The notes under the pieces are model-generated. The model worked only from the letters and a program-made list of their open reading frames with translations, was not told the DNA's origin and made no database searches. From Tetramitus jugosus (taxonomy: Eukaryota; Protista; Heterolobosea), in assembly GCA_937625935.1 (NCBI GenBank), contig OW569383.1:62001-126000 (forward strand): a stretch of DNA of 64,000 nt. The letters are read 5' to 3'. Every line of letters starts with the position of its first letter. Within the stretch, counting starts at the first letter, position 1. The position numbers and the translations under genes are program-made. Positions 1 through 12,806 of this stretch are shown here, one piece after another.

Positions 1-699
1 CTCTTCCTCTTTTTTCGGCATCACACTGTACTTAAATGCCTCAAAATATCTTTTAAAACCTCGGCAGACTCATTGTTTAGGGAAAGTCGGGTGAAGGATG
101 TCATGTCCCAAATTAAGAAAGCAATGGAGGAAAAACTCGGAAGATATTGTTGGTTAGGCTCAATTTTTGACACTCCCGTGGAAATCTTCCGTTTTTGGTA
201 CCTTTTCGCGCCAAAAGACGGAGTATTGACAATTTTGAATGAAAAACAGGTTTATTGATAAGTATTTACAGTTGGTGCACTCAGTCCCTTCTTCTTGGCC
301 AGTGTCTAGAAATGCTTTAAAATACAGTTCTGCTGATGTCATCCTCTTCATCAGAACCACCTTCGAACGAAGAGAGAGATTCATCCAATGACACTATTCT
401 TTGCTTCTTCTTTACTGATGAATCTTCCGTATGTTCATCTTCTCTGCATCGTTTTGTCGAATCTGCTTGCTTTGTCGGTGTACTTTCGTGACTTTGTAGA
501 AGCAAGCATTCCTTTTCCACTTGCTTAAGCTCATCGAATACTTGGGTGAAATAGAGTTTTTTGAACTCTTCCACCGGAACCTTTTTGTTGGCAACGTTAC
601 CGAGATTTATTTCGGGTTTATTGGTTTTCACCCTCATGCTTTCCTTCAGTTTGACGCCAAGCTTGTTCGCGCCAAAAATTTCTCGAAACACGTTGAAAA

Positions 700-1040
700 A
701 AAGAAAGGATTGGGACAACGTGGAAAAGCTATAGTCATTGAGAGATGGACGGATCTGCGTGAGTCATATTCGATGACCTTAATGACCACACCCAACAATG
801 AAATGAGCATTGTTGCAGAGATACGTGAAGGGTCAAACACACAATACGATTATGCGCTGTTAATTGCTGATTGTATCAGAGGAGGGTATTTGTGTCGAGG
901 GGACGTAATTTTGGTATTGGATAATGCCTCAGTTCACGTTGGTCATGATACATTCTCGACAATCGTGGAGACATTGTCAATTAGGCATCACACTGGTGCT
1001 ATTGCCCATGTACTCGCCTGAATTGAATCCAGCAGAGTAA
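700..1040 (+). pseudogene. Tc1/mariner-IS630 (DDE_3) transposase fragment
   Basis: ORF 521..1021 contains VILVLDNASVH; LPMYSPELNPAE follows in another frame (tactcgcctgaattgaatccagcagag, ~1010-1037), then a stop. The N-terminus is missing. Confidence 0.8.
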
Positions 1041-2699
1041 CATGATCAATATTTTGTCCAAGCTCACACATCAGAGACTACTCTCGTTTTATCGTAGATG
1101 CATCTTTCACCCAAAAGTGGAATAAATTTTTTTTTGGCGCCAACCAAAATCAGAAAGAATTTTGTGTGAGCGCAAAAACTTGAGTCTAACCAACAATAGA
1201 TATGCGATCCGAACCAAGCCCCAAATTCTACTCTAAGAACACCACCCGAAACGAGAAGAAAGGAAATAGAGTTGGAATAAAGAAGAGGTCGGCAATTACA
1301 GCCAATATCGGCGACGACTTATCTGGGGATGAGGAAGAAGCGGATCATTTGTCATCCACAACTGATCAACTGCACTAAGACCGACAGAAGATTTTAGGGT
1401 TTATCGGAATACGAAACGAAGCGATCGCCGAGAAACGAGCAGAGAAATCTCAACTGACGAAAATTAGGCGCCAAGAAGAGGTGAGAGACTTCAAAGAAGC
1501 CAATCAGAGAGTTCAAACGGTTTAGTACTGTTAATTGTCTGGAACGATCCGAGTTCAATACATTTGTAAGAGGTACATTGGAGTATTCGTTTGGAAAACA
1601 GAACCCTCGAAATATTGTTCAGAACTCTATCCGTGCCATCATGTCTCTGAAGAAGTTTACGGATGTATTTGGAGATGAAGCAACAAGAACTATTGCGATG
1701 TACCGGGTATTGGTGATACGACTTACCCTTCTTGACAATCTTCACATCTTGTTTGACATGGGAATGGGCGCCCCACTCGTAATAAATAATTGGACACTTA
1801 CATGGTGTGTACAGGCATCTGTTGTCTCAATTGGAGTTGGACACTCTCTACATTTAACTTGCTTGGAGTACTCGGCAAGGCTTCCTTTCGCATGTTCTCT
1901 GCAAAAGTGGTGACATGCTCCATCGTTTCTCTTAACTTACTTTCTCTCCAGCAAACATCACAAGAACGAGAGTTGTTTGCGATTGAAATTTGACCTGTTT
2001 GCAAAAGAACGATAGAAGTAATTTTTCAACACAATACAAAAATTTTGGTGGTCAATTCAAGAAAGCACACTTTTGAAACACAAATTGTGTTTGTGTTTGC
2101 TGTTTTGTTTGTTTTCGTGCACCTGTGTTTTGACAGACATATAAAACAGCTAGCTCTTGAGCGGGATAACAAATTCGTTGACAATACCTGCCACGAGTAT
2201 GTCTTGAATCTCTTCTTCTGCACCAGTTGCTTTTTCTTTCTTGGAGCTTTTCACATAATCTTTCCACTCTCTTGTTCTAATATGCGTTACATGTTCCCTT
2301 AGGAGAGCAAATGTGCAGAAATTCAATCGCTTATTGGGCTCAGTATCTCGAGCCCACCTGAAAAGTTGTTCCATATTTTCCTTTACAATTTCCAAGAGCA
2401 CATTCATATCTTTGATCTTGAATGCTCTGTTTGAGAGAAGTGTTGGATCCAATTGTACGCCCTATTTCTTTTTTAATCCCTAACGACCGGGTGGATGTGC
2501 ACAAACAACCAAACCAAAAAGGAAATTACATCCGGGGTCAACCAAGATGACAGAAGAGGAAACGTTCAATAAAAAATTTATAGCAATGTTGATCTATCGA
2601 GTTGAAAGTGCGAGGTCATCTGCCTTTGTCTCTTGCGACAGTCAACGAAGTGTTGGAACCACCAAAATGAAGCTGCTTCCTCTGAAGCTGTTCCTGACT

Positions 2700-3945
2700 T
2701 CTCTTCGCTCTCATTCTTTCTCAATTCTTTCTTTTCCTCTTCTCTTCACGTAATTTGACCTCGTCCCTTTTGAATCTTGAATAATCTTCGGATAATTCAT
2801 CACGCAACTGGCACAGAAAGTCTTGTTGGGTATAAGCTACTGGCAATTCTCTGTCAGTTTTCGCACAAACATGAATATAATAAATCCAACTGTTGATGAA
2901 CACCATCTTCAACAAGGTATAAAAACAACATCTCCTCCAAGAGGCATTCCGATAGTAGGCTTCTGATTCACCATATTCAAATTGTAGGCATCAACATGTC
3001 CCATACCATTGACAGTATAGTCACGAGCAACATAGGAATAATTTCTTTTCCTCCCCTTGAATGACCTGAGCACCTTCGTTACCTCATTTGAATGAATGTT
3101 TGAATAAAAATTGGTTGGTTGAGAGCCTTTATCCTTCCATGACACACAAGCAAATCTATTCTCCTCTTGCTCTGTGACCAAGCAACTGAACAACTTTAAA
3201 CCTTCATGAGCCTTCATAAGTGTCATGGTGCCTTCCTTGAATAAGGAGGTTGTCCTATTGGATCTGGCAGTACATGTGATACCATATCCTCTCTTCACTG
3301 TATCCAGAGTCAGTTTGTCCCCTCCATAGTAATTGTCCCAGTAGCACTTATACTGACCCATGCCACTGGGGAGGGTGTCCAAAGCTGAATTACATAGACT
3401 CCTGAGCACTTCATCTTCGACAGCCTCCCTCTTCTTATGTAGACGAAACCAATACAGGAAATGTGCCTGACAGACAAGGCAATAGAACTTGAGACCCCAC
3501 TCGGTTGGTTTCGATGGCTCATATACCTTATGTCGCGACTGACCCTCAAATTTGACCATCATTTCGTCTATTGATATGTGTCTAAAGGGATGCCAATGTG
3601 ATTGTTGATCAATATTTTCTGTTGTATGAAAGATAGGGCATCATCATCAAGAGCTAGTAGCATGAAACAACTCTTGGTGTATCTGGAGGAAATCATCTCT
3701 GCTCATTCCGCAATGAGAAATGAAGTGGTTGGGCTCGCTTGTTGACTAGTGATGCTTGATGTTGGAGCGCTTTCTCAAGCCCATCTCTATATGAACTGCG
3801 AAGAAACACAGCAGCATTGTCTTATTCAACCTGTCATCCAGGGTCCGGTTTGTCTTCCATCCTTCCAAAGATCTCTTTTTTATCTGTCCTCTTGGTCGAA
3901 TCAACATACCAGTCTTTAGTTCTTGAAGCAATCTGTTTATTATAG
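2700..3945 (-). mobile_element. Decayed piggyBac-family transposase
   Basis: Motifs in order across broken frames: CFFAVHIEMGL, IDEMMVKFEG..KPTEWGLKFY, YWDNYY, DYTVNGMGHVD, INSWIYY..QQDFLCQL. Stops and frameshifts present; no TIR or TTAA identified. Confidence 0.85.
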
Positions 3946-3960
3946 ATTGAACAAGGTGAA

Positions 3961-4671
3961 ATGTTACTGCGACCACAACAGATTGCAGTGAATTCACACA
4001 ATGACTACATTGTTGTTGGTTACACTACTCACAAAATCCATATATTTGATGGAAGTGATGGAACACACAAGCTGTCTTTTGGAGGTTATGGACGCTCTAA
4101 TGGTGAGTTTCAAAATCCATGTGGTGTTGTGTGTGACAAAGAAGACAATATTTTTGTCGCTGATTCTGAAAATAATCGAGTCCAAGTATTTGATAAAGAT
4201 GGAGGATATCTGTATGGGTTTGGATGTTATGGATCTGACAGAGGACAGTTCAATCTGCCAACACAAATACGCATGGACAAGTATGAGAATTTATATATTG
4301 CTGATTTTTTTAATAACAGGATACAAGTGATGGATAAGAGCGGTAGATTTATTAGAATGATTGGATCTGATGATCAGCTCACGAATCCTGGTACTGTCTG
4401 TGTGGATGAATGGGATAACACATATGTCACTGATGACAAGAATCTCATTTCAGTCTTCAATAGAGCTGGTGAGCTTCTATATCAGATAGGAACAGCAGGC
4501 GAATTTAGCGATCCATGGGGTATGTGTATTGACAAGACTAACAAGTTGATTACTTGTGAATTCAGTCAGGACAGAATTCAAGTGTGGCAATTACCTCCAC
4601 CTAATGTATGGATCAACCATCCTTCTGAAAGAGCAATTGTATACTCTGACGTCGATATTCTTTGTGAATGA
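3961..4671 (+). CDS. NHL-repeat beta-propeller protein, probably 5'-truncated
   Basis: About 5 NHL repeats (GEFQNPCGVVCD..IFVADSENNRVQVF, GQFNLPTQI..LYIADFFNNRIQV). The ORF starts mid-repeat against the piggyBac remnant. Confidence 0.8.
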   Translation: MLLRPQQIAVNSHNDYIVVGYTTHKIHIFDGSDGTHKLSFGGYGRSNGEFQNPCGVVCDKEDNIFVADSENNRVQVFDKDGGYLYGFGCYGSDRGQFNLPTQIRMDKYENLYIADFFNNRIQVMDKSGRFIRMIGSDDQLTNPGTVCVDEWDNTYVTDDKNLISVFNRAGELLYQIGTAGEFSDPWGMCIDKTNKLITCEFSQDRIQVWQLPPPNVWINHPSERAIVYSDVDILCE

Positions 4672-5094
4672 AGGCCTGTTTAGTCATGGTTGTGACTGTT
4701 GTGAATATTTGAATGCATTAAAAAGACTACATGAGTAGTTTGTTGATTGCTTAAGTTCCCTGTACCAAAACAATAGATCAGCTTTCCAACTTTCAATCAT
4801 ACTACTAACTGGAGTTGTCGTTCACTCTGGGTTTGATAGTAAGGTAATGCACCTGATCAAGATCAGTGTTGCAATAGTTAAAGAACTTTCGCACACAACG
4901 ATCATCACTCACATTGAGTACTCACTAAGTCCCAAGAGGAACATCCAGATATTATAGATATCTACTATCATTTGGCCTCAACATCAATATTGAATCAAAA
5001 AATATACGAAATTACGAGTACCATATTGAATCAACACGTGTACTTTACTTGATGTGACACATTTGTGCCATTGTACCCACCCAGATCGTTACTA

Positions 5095-6799
5095 CTAATC
5101 ATATTTCAAGTCAATATGGTAATACTCCAGTTCGAACTGCTTCAGATAGTCAGCATAAACGTCATTGTCTTGCCTTGGAACATCATAGATGTGGATCGTT
5201 GAACACTTTGGATCTGTAATCACATGTTCACTGATGGCTTGTCTATACTCTGCTCCAAAGTTGGATACGTGGAGAATTAACTCTTCCAAGAAATGTGGTT
5301 TCAATGTAGAAAGATCCATAGATGCTTTCAGTTCTGCATGTGACAACGCCAAACTGGTTAATGCAGGACATGCAGTGAGTAAACGAGTGAACCAATTCTC
5401 AGCAGTGATACTCTTAATATACTGAGAATCGATGATCTCTAATTGAGGACATGCCATGAATATTGCCAACAGCTCTTCATTCAATTCGTATTTTGGATAT
5501 GAGGTGCTGAATGGGGACCTTATTGAGACGAGATTCGATAAGTTCTCTGTTGGAAACATTGGCAGTATATCTAAAGGACCTGCGAACTTCTTCAACTTGT
5601 TCATATTTCTGAACAACAGAGTCATATCCTTCATTTCTGAATCATCCAAATCTTCCAAAGTCATATCAGATAGTCGCAGTTCAACAATATTTGCACCACC
5701 ATTGCCTTTGAAAAACAATGAGAGCATTATTACAGGACTTCTGTCCAATTCCAGTTTAACGAGCTTTGGGAAATCTTGTGACAATGATACTTTGTGATCA
5801 TTTTTCTTTCCCATAGTAATGTTGGCCTCTTTTAGAGAAGCATGACATCCTGATAAGATATAGGCAAGATTCTGCATATCTGGCTCAGTCAAATGTAATT
5901 TCTCAAGATTTGAAAATTGTAACTTGGAGAAGTCGAACTCTACATTACTTAAATCTAATGTCAAATCCTTCAGACAACTCTGCGCAGCATACAGTAGCAC
6001 AGAATGATGGTGAATGCATCTTTGTATGTCTAACTTTGCCAGTCTTTTGAAGGCAGGGACATGAGTGTCTGTTTTCACCTGCTTTGGTCCATTGTCACCT
6101 TGCTGATTTACAGTCAGTTGTTCCAAACGATCCAATACACCATCTATTTGAAAAACTTTACGCCACAAATCAGAAGTAATCCCTTTAGAAAGAGTGAATG
6201 TTACTTGTGTTAGAGGAAGTCGTTTGAACAGGTCCAACACAAACTGTTCAGGTAAAGGTAAATTTCCGTAGCTTGAAAATGACTTAAGCTTCTTAAGGTT
6301 GAGCAGCAACTCTTTCCAATCATCGTCCAAGCCCAGATCACCATCAATACTAGTTAAGTTAGGCATCAAAGGTAACCATTTCTTCACAAGATCTTGAACC
6401 TTATAACTAAAGTGTAAATCCTCCAACATTGCAAACTCAGATGTTGGCTCAAAAGTTGGTTTGGAGGAGACACTGGACTCGTCTTTGGGTGAAAAGATTA
6501 CTTCATAATCTGTTAAACTCAACTTGGTGGCCATTGTGTATACCTCTGGAAGAATTACACAAAAGTGTTGAGCTTTGTCAAAATGAAATTTGCTAATTTG
6601 GCAATCTTTGAAGAAGGGAAGAATACAGTTTGTAGTCACACCACGACCCCATTTTTCAATTTCTCTTGTCTTCCAAATTGCCGGTTGCCTCATACACTGG
6701 TGCCAGTGACGACTTACAAGACCTGCAGTGTGAACAAGAAATGGTGTTGGACAGAAGGAGAGGAAATGTGTGACGCAGTCGTCAGATAGGAGTCCTCAT
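5095..6799 (-). CDS. F-box/LRR (RNI-like) protein
   Basis: 532-aa LRR ORF 5095..6693 extends upstream in frame as LLSDDCVTHFLSFCPTPFLVHTAGLVSRHWHQCM (F-box). The ATG at 6799 is one base out of frame. Confidence 0.7.
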
Positions 6800-6927
6800 T
6801 TTGATGATTAACGGTTGGGTTTTTTGGAACAAAAAAACAAACTATTTGTTGTCGGATGCCAAAAGTTACAAGTTGTGTCCTCGTCGACTGTCATTCTCTT
6901 TTAGTTTTATTCTCCCTAACGAAGGAT

Positions 6928-9900
6928 TTACTTCCTTGAATAGCCAAGAAGTGATTCCTCATCATCATTCGTATCGTCCTCAGTTGTCACCACAATGGCA
7001 GGAGTTATGCTTGGCTGGGCCTGGTTTGCCACATCAGCATGTCTGTCAGCTCTCAAGTCTACATGCTCATCATCTAGTTTGATATCATCATGTTCGGGGA
7101 AGTGACTAAATGGGAGTAAAGGTCGTTCACTCGGATACATTTCATCCTCTTCCAATGGAGAGAGAGCAGGAGAGGGAGCGGGAGGAGTTTCTAGACTGAC
7201 TCGTCTTTTTCTTCTTGGTGACATGGAAGGTATATCCAATAAATTGGGAGAAGGACTAGATGATGGACTTGCAGAAGGGGATGATTTTTCATCAGGATAC
7301 AGCATCTCGCCTCCGCTAGGAGACAATGGTCTGGATATTGGTGAAACATTGGGAGAATAATGCCCAAATGGATTGTAATCGTTCAGTTGAGTGATGAGAC
7401 TGGAAACATTGTCAATGTTGAGTGTAGTACTAGGTACATTGAGAGTCGATCGGTCGAGAGGAGCACCGGTAGATGGGACCTGTCTTTGTAGGCAAACACT
7501 TTGACGTCTAGCAGGAACAAAGATACCACTCTTCGGTGTGGGAGGAGCGACAGTGCTGGCTCTTCTCTGAGGCGCGACTGCACTTCTTCTCCTTTGTGCA
7601 ACCATCGTAGACAATCGATCCGGTTCGAGAGACTGCTGTCCTGACATTACCATTGTGTTTCTCCTTCTGAGCATTGATGCATAGTCGGGTTGTCTTGATT
7701 GAGTGGGAGGAACATAGCTTCTTCTCCTCTGACTCATCACTACACCGCTGGGTCTTCCTCCTCCAAGCATCGAGGTATCGAAACTTGTCGTGTCCGAAGA
7801 GGGTAGATCCATCTCCAAGTCCAACAACTCCTTTCCAAGTTTATCTTTTCTTTTCTTCAGATCTCTATCCAACTTGTCCTGTCGGAATTCAAAATCTTTA
7901 CTGACACTTCTGGTGGCTGCATCCTTCCATTCGTCATTCAACTTGAAATCAGGAATTCTCATTCGGTTCTTGTACTCTTTATCACTGATCGTTCCTGTAC
8001 CCAAGGCCAATAGATCTCCCAATTGCTTTCCTGAGGTGCCTTCTGTTGTTTCCTTGGTTTCCCCTTCTCTCATCACTCGTTGTAGATTTACTGATGTTCC
8101 GAGAGAGGCCTTATCCAAGGCTCTGTACAAATTTTCTCCCTCTTGAAGACTCTTCATGATAGATTGTTCATCTTCTTCTTCTGTTGCAGATGGCTCCCAC
8201 GTCAATTGATTCTCAAATTTTTTCATTGATTCTAGAGTCTTCACTAGATTGTATTCCTCGGCGTGCAAGTTCCGAACTACTAACTTTTGAATCAATGCAT
8301 CAATTTTCTTAATCCAAAACTTGGGTCGTGAGTAGGACGGCATATGACCAACACCAGACATGGCTTCAATGATGTCGAACGTATGTTGTGCTCCCATGCT
8401 AAACACATTGTACGCAAAATCAATCTTCTTCAAGTGATTGATCACTTTCATTCGACTTTCCTGCTGCTTCTTCACTTCAGTTCTTAACACTCGTAACAAT
8501 GTTTCTACCTGTGAGAAATCCGAGCTGTTCAAGGAATCATTTGTTTTGTCAATCAAGTATGCAATGTTCTTCTCCATGAGTACTCTTTCCATATAGAATA
8601 AGAATTTTTCATTGCGAGCCCATTCTACTAGCTCTAAATTATTAATTGTTTCATTTTCAGAGGTATAATACACGATACCGGCATCCTTCAGGATACGTAA
8701 CAGTGTTGTGGGTTTTTCCTGTCGTGCTCCATCACTGCTAGTAGATGACAAACGAACGTTGCTCCTCTGGGATTCTACATCATCGTCTTGATTTTCTGTC
8801 GAGTCATCAAACGTAGAAACACTATCACTCTCTGTTAACAAACCTTGAGAAGCGAATATACATGTCGTTAGATCACAAACAGTCGAAGATATTTCATCTG
8901 AAGCCTCTGGAATCTTGGATAATCCGATTCTCTCTAGATATTCACCCCAATCTGTTCCAACTCGGTCAACTACATCCAACATGTCGGTCAAATCATCGTA
9001 CAGGCATTCTGAGTTAAGATAATTCTCCTTGGACACAATAATTTGAGACATCAAGTCCTCTAATCCCTTCAACACTCCTTCTAGTGCTTGCTCTTCGATC
9101 ATGATATTAACCTCTTTGAACTCTATGTACTCACCATTCTCCTCTGGATAGGATCGAGTGGTTGACTCCAAAAAGATCACATGTTTCAAAACATTGGTAA
9201 TCTCTCGCTCTTCAAAGTGGAATGACATTCTCTCAGCTGCCAATTCCTGGGACACTTGCTTTCGAGTTTTCTTGTCACTCTTGATAGAGAGATGATTCAT
9301 GATTGGACGAATAGTGGAACCTTGAATAAATATAGTAAAGCAGGAAACAACCATTGTGGTAGTCACTAGAATTCGTTTTCTGTTTTCGAATCCAGAGTCG
9401 CTTGGTATGATGAATGCCAAAGCGAACACTATACCTCTCAAGCCAGAATACCCCAACACAAATGCTTCTTGCATGGAAATAGTACCCTTCTTCTGTCTCT
9501 TTCGAATCATATTATACACAATTGTTATACCATACACAAATAGGAATCGGTACGCGATAATGAACACCAGGGTAGCAAGTGTAAATGCCCAATCGAACAG
9601 ATGATGATGTAAAACGATGGAAATTCCGAGATACATGAACACGAGTGTCTCAGCTGTGGAAGCAATCATCTTCAGTCCATACTTGAGTGTCACATGTGAC
9701 TTCTTTTGAATATTCAGCTCCACATAACGATTCATGAACGCTCCACAGAATAAAATTGACATGATACCACTCATCAAGATGCTCTCCGCTACGAAATAGG
9801 ATAGAAATGCGAATGCCAACACAAACAACGGTTCCAACAGAGGTGTGCGACTCGTAAATCGCGTACTCAGTGCTCCAAAGAAGCCAAATACAACACCAAC

Positions 9901-10871
9901 AGCTATTCCACCAATTGAAACATAGACCAATTTGACAATTGAGAGCAGTGCATGAAGAACTCCAAAGTGTAAATCCGGGAGTTTTCTTAGTGATATTATC
10001 AAATTGTACATGACAATAGAAACAGCCTAATATGCATTTCACGAAACAAAGTGTGAGACAAAACATCCGAGTAGTTGTACACATGGATCGTATCCAAGCA
10101 TAACATACATCATTCAATACTGATTCGCCAAACACAAGCATGTACAACGTTTCATTGACTCCAACATCGTCAAAGATGGAGAGAACAGCAACAGGGTCCA
10201 CATTTCCAATCAAACTTGCAAACAGTAAGCAATCCAATAAACTGAAGTGATATTGGTAGATGGATGCAAAATCAAACGCCCACAATGAGGTTCCAATAGC
10301 AACAGTATTCAACAATGTTCCCAGCACAGCATACAGTAGAATCAGTGTCAAGTGCTTCGTAAAGAAGTCCTTTTGTAAAAAATAGCCCGACTCCAATATC
10401 AATGGCGGAATCAAGAAGAGCTACGCAATGCACACAGGAAGAAACTTTGGTCAACCAACACCACTCAACCAAAAGAAAGAATAAATAAATACTTACAAAG
10501 AATAAATCTCCGTTAAAGGACAACAATGGATTGTCCTTACCGACTCCATACACATTCTGCACCAATCGAATCATTCCTCCCAGAACAATGCCCAACATTA
10601 TCACAACTGCGCTCTCTGGAATATAGCGATGATACTCAAACTTTGGTGGAATATTTGAGAAAATGACTTTGAAGAAGGCAGATATCAACACGAGACCAAT
10701 CAAAATAAAGATGGTCTGAGTCATTTCATTGAATTGGAAACCGACAATGGGACCAATAATTGAGTTACTCTCTGCAGTCACTCCTCTCATGACTGGACAA
10801 CAGAGAAACAACAACAATATGAGAAAAGCTGTCTTTAGATAGCTCATCTCTAGCTTAAATAAATGTTTCAT
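6928..10871 (-). CDS. CPA1/NHE sodium-hydrogen exchanger with long cytoplasmic tail; 3 exons
   Basis: IPES, FFLFLIPPLILESGY, VDPVAVL, GESVLNDAVSIV and GLRG motifs. GT-AG introns 10421..10496 and 10027..10108 restore the frame. Confidence 0.92.
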
Positions 10872-11286
10872 ATTTCCTCTCTGGTATAATATTTAATTTT
10901 GCACTTTGAATATAACAATATTTTGAATTGATCAACGAGCTACTAAACTACTGAACTCAGTCTCATGTGAGGAATAGAAATTATGTTTTCTCAATTTCTC
11001 ATGTTGCGTGCACACAGTCCCAGAGATCATAGCATTTCCCGATCCTCTGGCGTTTTTAGCTAAAACTGCTTCCAGATCATTGCCATTCTATTCTTGGATA
11101 TCAAAAAAGTTGGAGTCAACCACAACAAGCAAGTCGAACAGTTGAAAATGAATCCACAACTTTGTCAGCACATGCGCTGAGAGATCCGAAATGAATTCAC
11201 ATCACTGTTTCTCGTTGCAAGTTCAATTCGGAGAAACAAGAGAAAATTTTGGTTCAAGCACGAAAAAGAACCAGAGAAAAACAACA

Positions 11287-12765
11287 ATGACATTTGGGCA
11301 CGAACAAGAGCAGTCTCAATTCAAGGTATTTGAACCAGTGTCACTGAAGCCTCCCATCTGTTGGCACTTTAAAAAACTAGGATCTTGCAAACTCGGAGAC
11401 GCTTGCAAATTCTTGCATGTCCAACAAGATGCCATTGTGGCTGTCACTTTGAGTCAAAAGAAGCGAAAGCTAAGCAGTGAAGACACACAGGATGAAAAGG
11501 ACAATCATGATAATAATAGTGACGAGAATGTCACCAACAATGAAACAACGACAAAAATGACCTACATGCTTCACAAGACCAAGGAAACCAAGTCAAAGTG
11601 CTCTGTTCTGAGAAGAACGTTTGAAGAGAATGGATTTGAGCTCGTTTTGCGTCCATCTGCACAGTTGAACGTTCTGTGGAACAATACGTTTGGAACGAGT
11701 ACCATTGGTAAAATTGCACCGCATACCATGATCAATCACTTTCCCAATTCACATCATTTGACCAACAAGAGTGCCATGACTGTGAATTTGCAAGAAAAGT
11801 GCAAGTTTATGCCTTCATCGTTTGTTTTGCCCAAACAATTGACTCAATTTGAAGAGTTTAACAGAAACAAGGCCGGTGAATCACAAGTGTTTTGGATCAG
11901 TAAACCATTGAGTTCTGGAGAGGGAAAGGGCATTCAAGTGTACGGAAGCTATTTGGATGTGATTGCTGAGATACGAAGAGAGCACGACAGTAACAAGCCA
12001 AAGAGACGATTGAGCAAGTTTGTTGTTTCGGAATACATTCGAAATCCATTGTTGATCAATCAAAAGAAGATGGACCTGCGTGTGTATGTCTTGTTGAAGG
12101 GTGGAAAGGAAATTTATCTCTATCGGGATGGTATCGTGAGATTTGCGAGTGAGGATTATCGGGATGATGCTGCCACGTTGAGTAATCCATTCATGCACAT
12201 TACGAACAATACGGTGAATGATAAGCGCAACCACTTGAAGCATCAAACTTACCAGAGAAGCTTTGGATTTTACAACAATATGAACTTTAAGGAGCTCGAG
12301 AGCTGTTTCCGGGAGCTATCTCTGCCTTATGACTTGTTTTGGAATCGGTTAAAAGCCATGGTGCTTGAATCTGTCAATCTCACCATATACAATGAGCAAT
12401 TACAAGATGAAACATATCACCGGGAGAGTCGTCGGTGCTTTGAACTCTTGGGATTTGATGTCCTGATTGATCAAGACCTGAATCCGCACCTGTTAGAGGT
12501 GAACGGCATGCCAGACTTGGATGCCATGTCACACTCTGGTCATCTCGTTTTTGAGAAAGATTTTGAGGTGAAAGCCAAAATGCTGGCTGAATGCTTGAAC
12601 ATTGTCCGTGTACCGCTCCCTCCATCTGCTGCTCAACAAACAACGAGCACAAATGGACTTCCTAACCTAGAGAACGGATTCGACCCAGTTCATGAAATCT
12701 CCGCGATCTTTTCACACGAAGTTTCATCACAACCAGAGAAGGATGACAAGGATAATACGGAATAA
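11287..12765 (+). CDS. Tubulin-tyrosine-ligase-like (TTLL) enzyme with N-terminal CCCH zinc finger
   Basis: CWHFKKLGSCKLGDACKFLH; TTL motifs WISKP..GKGI, YIRNPLLI..KMDLRVYV, MHITN, FELLGFDVLID..LLEVN. Likely ATG at 11287. Confidence 0.88.
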   Translation: MTFGHEQEQSQFKVFEPVSLKPPICWHFKKLGSCKLGDACKFLHVQQDAIVAVTLSQKKRKLSSEDTQDEKDNHDNNSDENVTNNETTTKMTYMLHKTKETKSKCSVLRRTFEENGFELVLRPSAQLNVLWNNTFGTSTIGKIAPHTMINHFPNSHHLTNKSAMTVNLQEKCKFMPSSFVLPKQLTQFEEFNRNKAGESQVFWISKPLSSGEGKGIQVYGSYLDVIAEIRREHDSNKPKRRLSKFVVSEYIRNPLLINQKKMDLRVYVLLKGGKEIYLYRDGIVRFASEDYRDDAATLSNPFMHITNNTVNDKRNHLKHQTYQRSFGFYNNMNFKELESCFRELSLPYDLFWNRLKAMVLESVNLTIYNEQLQDETYHRESRRCFELLGFDVLIDQDLNPHLLEVNGMPDLDAMSHSGHLVFEKDFEVKAKMLAECLNIVRVPLPPSAAQQTTSTNGLPNLENGFDPVHEISAIFSHEVSSQPEKDDKDNTE

Positions 12766-12806
12766 AACTTGCTTGGGACATCACCAAGATCAGCCAACCA
12801 AATTAT

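Noticed and set aside
1-2600. Short ORFs at 317-718, 1578-1913 and 2150-2452
   Set aside because: Coding-like but fragmented, with no assignable family apart from the DDE_3 fragment.
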